From the IMG/VR virus record IMGVR_UViG_3300017774_005745, positions 64,001 through 128,000 of that record: 64,000 nucleotides of DNA. One strand, 5' to 3'. Made by a program: the position numbers and the translations under genes. Shown one piece after another: positions 63,118-64,000 of the stretch (the first letter of the stretch is position 1; every line of letters starts with the position of its first letter). A model generated the notes under the pieces. It saw only the letters and a program-made list of their open reading frames with translations. It did no database searches and was not told the DNA's origin. This DNA is from a virus.

Positions 63118-63152
63118 TGATTCTTATCCCATGCAATGCACTCAAATGTAAA
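63117..63152 (-). promoter_or_regulatory. Phage promoter-like motif
   Basis: TTTACA-N18-GATAAG-AATCA-ATG. Confidence 0.65.
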
Positions 63153-63184
63153 AGACAAGAGGTTTACAGCCTCTTGTCCTTACT

Positions 63185-63772
63185 CTACGCCTTCGCCTTC
63201 TTGAGCAGAAGCGCAAGCACCTCAGCATTGGTGTTGAGCCCGCTCTTCACCTTGAACGCAGCCCATCGAGGAACGAGGTCTGATGCCTCGCTCTGCGTCA
63301 TGTGGATTGCGATGAGGCGCATCCTGCTCTCCGGAGAAGCCAGCTTCTTTCGCAGCTCCGAAACCGCGAACTGAAGCTCTTCCGTGGTTGTCTTGTTCTT
63401 GAACGCCAGCTCGACGTTCTTGCCGATGTTCTTCTCATCGCTCAGACGTCCGAGCAAGTCCATCTTGGTCGTAGAGAGTCGATACTTCGAATCCCACTTC
63501 CCCTCGAATTCCCCCTTGTAGAACAGCTCCCAGAGCCGTTCCATTCGAGTGGCCCACTGCACGGAGATACCGAGGACCTTCTCGGTATACTCCACCCAGT
63601 TGGAGGCGTACAGGTGGAGGAGAGGGACATCAGGGGAGGCTTTCAAGCCCTCGTTGCGCATGCTCCAGAGCAGGCTGGCAAGGCCCCAACCCGTGAGGTG
63701 CATCTCCTTCACCCTCTTCAAGAGGGCCTTGTGAGTGCTCACTGCGTACTTCTCGGGATTGGGCTTGCTCAT
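63185..63772 (-). CDS. Putative DNA-binding protein (195 aa)
   Basis: HTH-like WVEYTEKVLGISVQWATRMERL and an RHH-like C-terminus. Confidence 0.45.
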   Translation of the reverse strand: MSKPNPEKYAVSTHKALLKRVKEMHLTGWGLASLLWSMRNEGLKASPDVPLLHLYASNWVEYTEKVLGISVQWATRMERLWELFYKGEFEGKWDSKYRLSTTKMDLLGRLSDEKNIGKNVELAFKNKTTTEELQFAVSELRKKLASPESRMRLIAIHMTQSEASDLVPRWAAFKVKSGLNTNAEVLALLLKKAKA

Positions 63773-63999
63773 TTGAAGAAGCCCTCCAAAGGCGCAGTGA
63801 GGCCACCAACACGGATGAAGCCAACGACGGCCTCCCCTTCCCTCCTGATGTTCAGCTCGGCATCAAACCCGAGCAGCTCCAGAAGCCCATTCAAGAGCTT
63901 CTGCTCTTCGGCGCGAAGACCCGTGGAGGACAGGAACAGCTTCGGACCCTGTTGCCTCTTGGTGTACTTCCGCTTCTTGGGGCTGTCCTCCTTCTTCGA
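63769..63999 (-). CDS. 3' part of a gene truncated by the window (...SPKKRKYTKRQQGPKLF...LEGFFK*)
   Basis: Open frame from the window edge to TGA 63769-63771, overlapping the next ATG. Confidence 0.65.
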   Translation of the reverse strand, partial: SKKEDSPKKRKYTKRQQGPKLFLSSTGLRAEEQKLLNGLLELLGFDAELNIRREGEAVVGFIRVGGLTAPLEGFFK

Positions 64000-64000
64000 C

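Noticed and set aside
1-64000. CRISPR array, tRNA, rRNA, integrase or transposase
   Set aside because: No regularly spaced direct repeats, cloverleaf/T-loop signatures or recombinase motifs found by eye. A tRNAscan run would be needed to exclude tRNAs fully.
1-64000. Stop-codon reassignment
   Set aside because: Long genes are intact under the standard code, and TAA, TAG and TGA all end genes at operon junctions.

Overview
The window is a contiguous piece of a large contractile-tailed (myovirus-type) dsDNA phage genome with no host housekeeping context. The + strand carries the virion and packaging programme: portal, baseplate spike, terminase large subunit, prohead protease, scaffold-like and internal head proteins, HK97-fold major capsid, neck, putative fibre proteins, sheath and tube. 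Embedded in it is a 2087-aa single-chain fusion of RNA polymerase beta and beta', whose stop overlaps the spike start. Four - strand islands hold small accessory genes, including RNase HII, a cold-shock protein, HTH and RHH regulators, a GNAT-like protein, a radical SAM enzyme and a collagen lipoprotein. Three features not explained by standard gene labels stand out. (1) A K-x-(A/S) motif recurs in about 14 head-region proteins and appears to delimit swappable basic peptide modules, suggesting a protease-gated capsid cargo system. (2) A bipartite promoter-like motif (CAA-N19/20-ATAAG-N6-GAA) precedes nine - strand units. (3) A roughly 170-nt structured non-coding transcript lies between one such promoter and a terminator. 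Several clues point to a GC-rich, possibly myxobacterial host (inference). All homology calls are motif recognition by eye; no searches were run.
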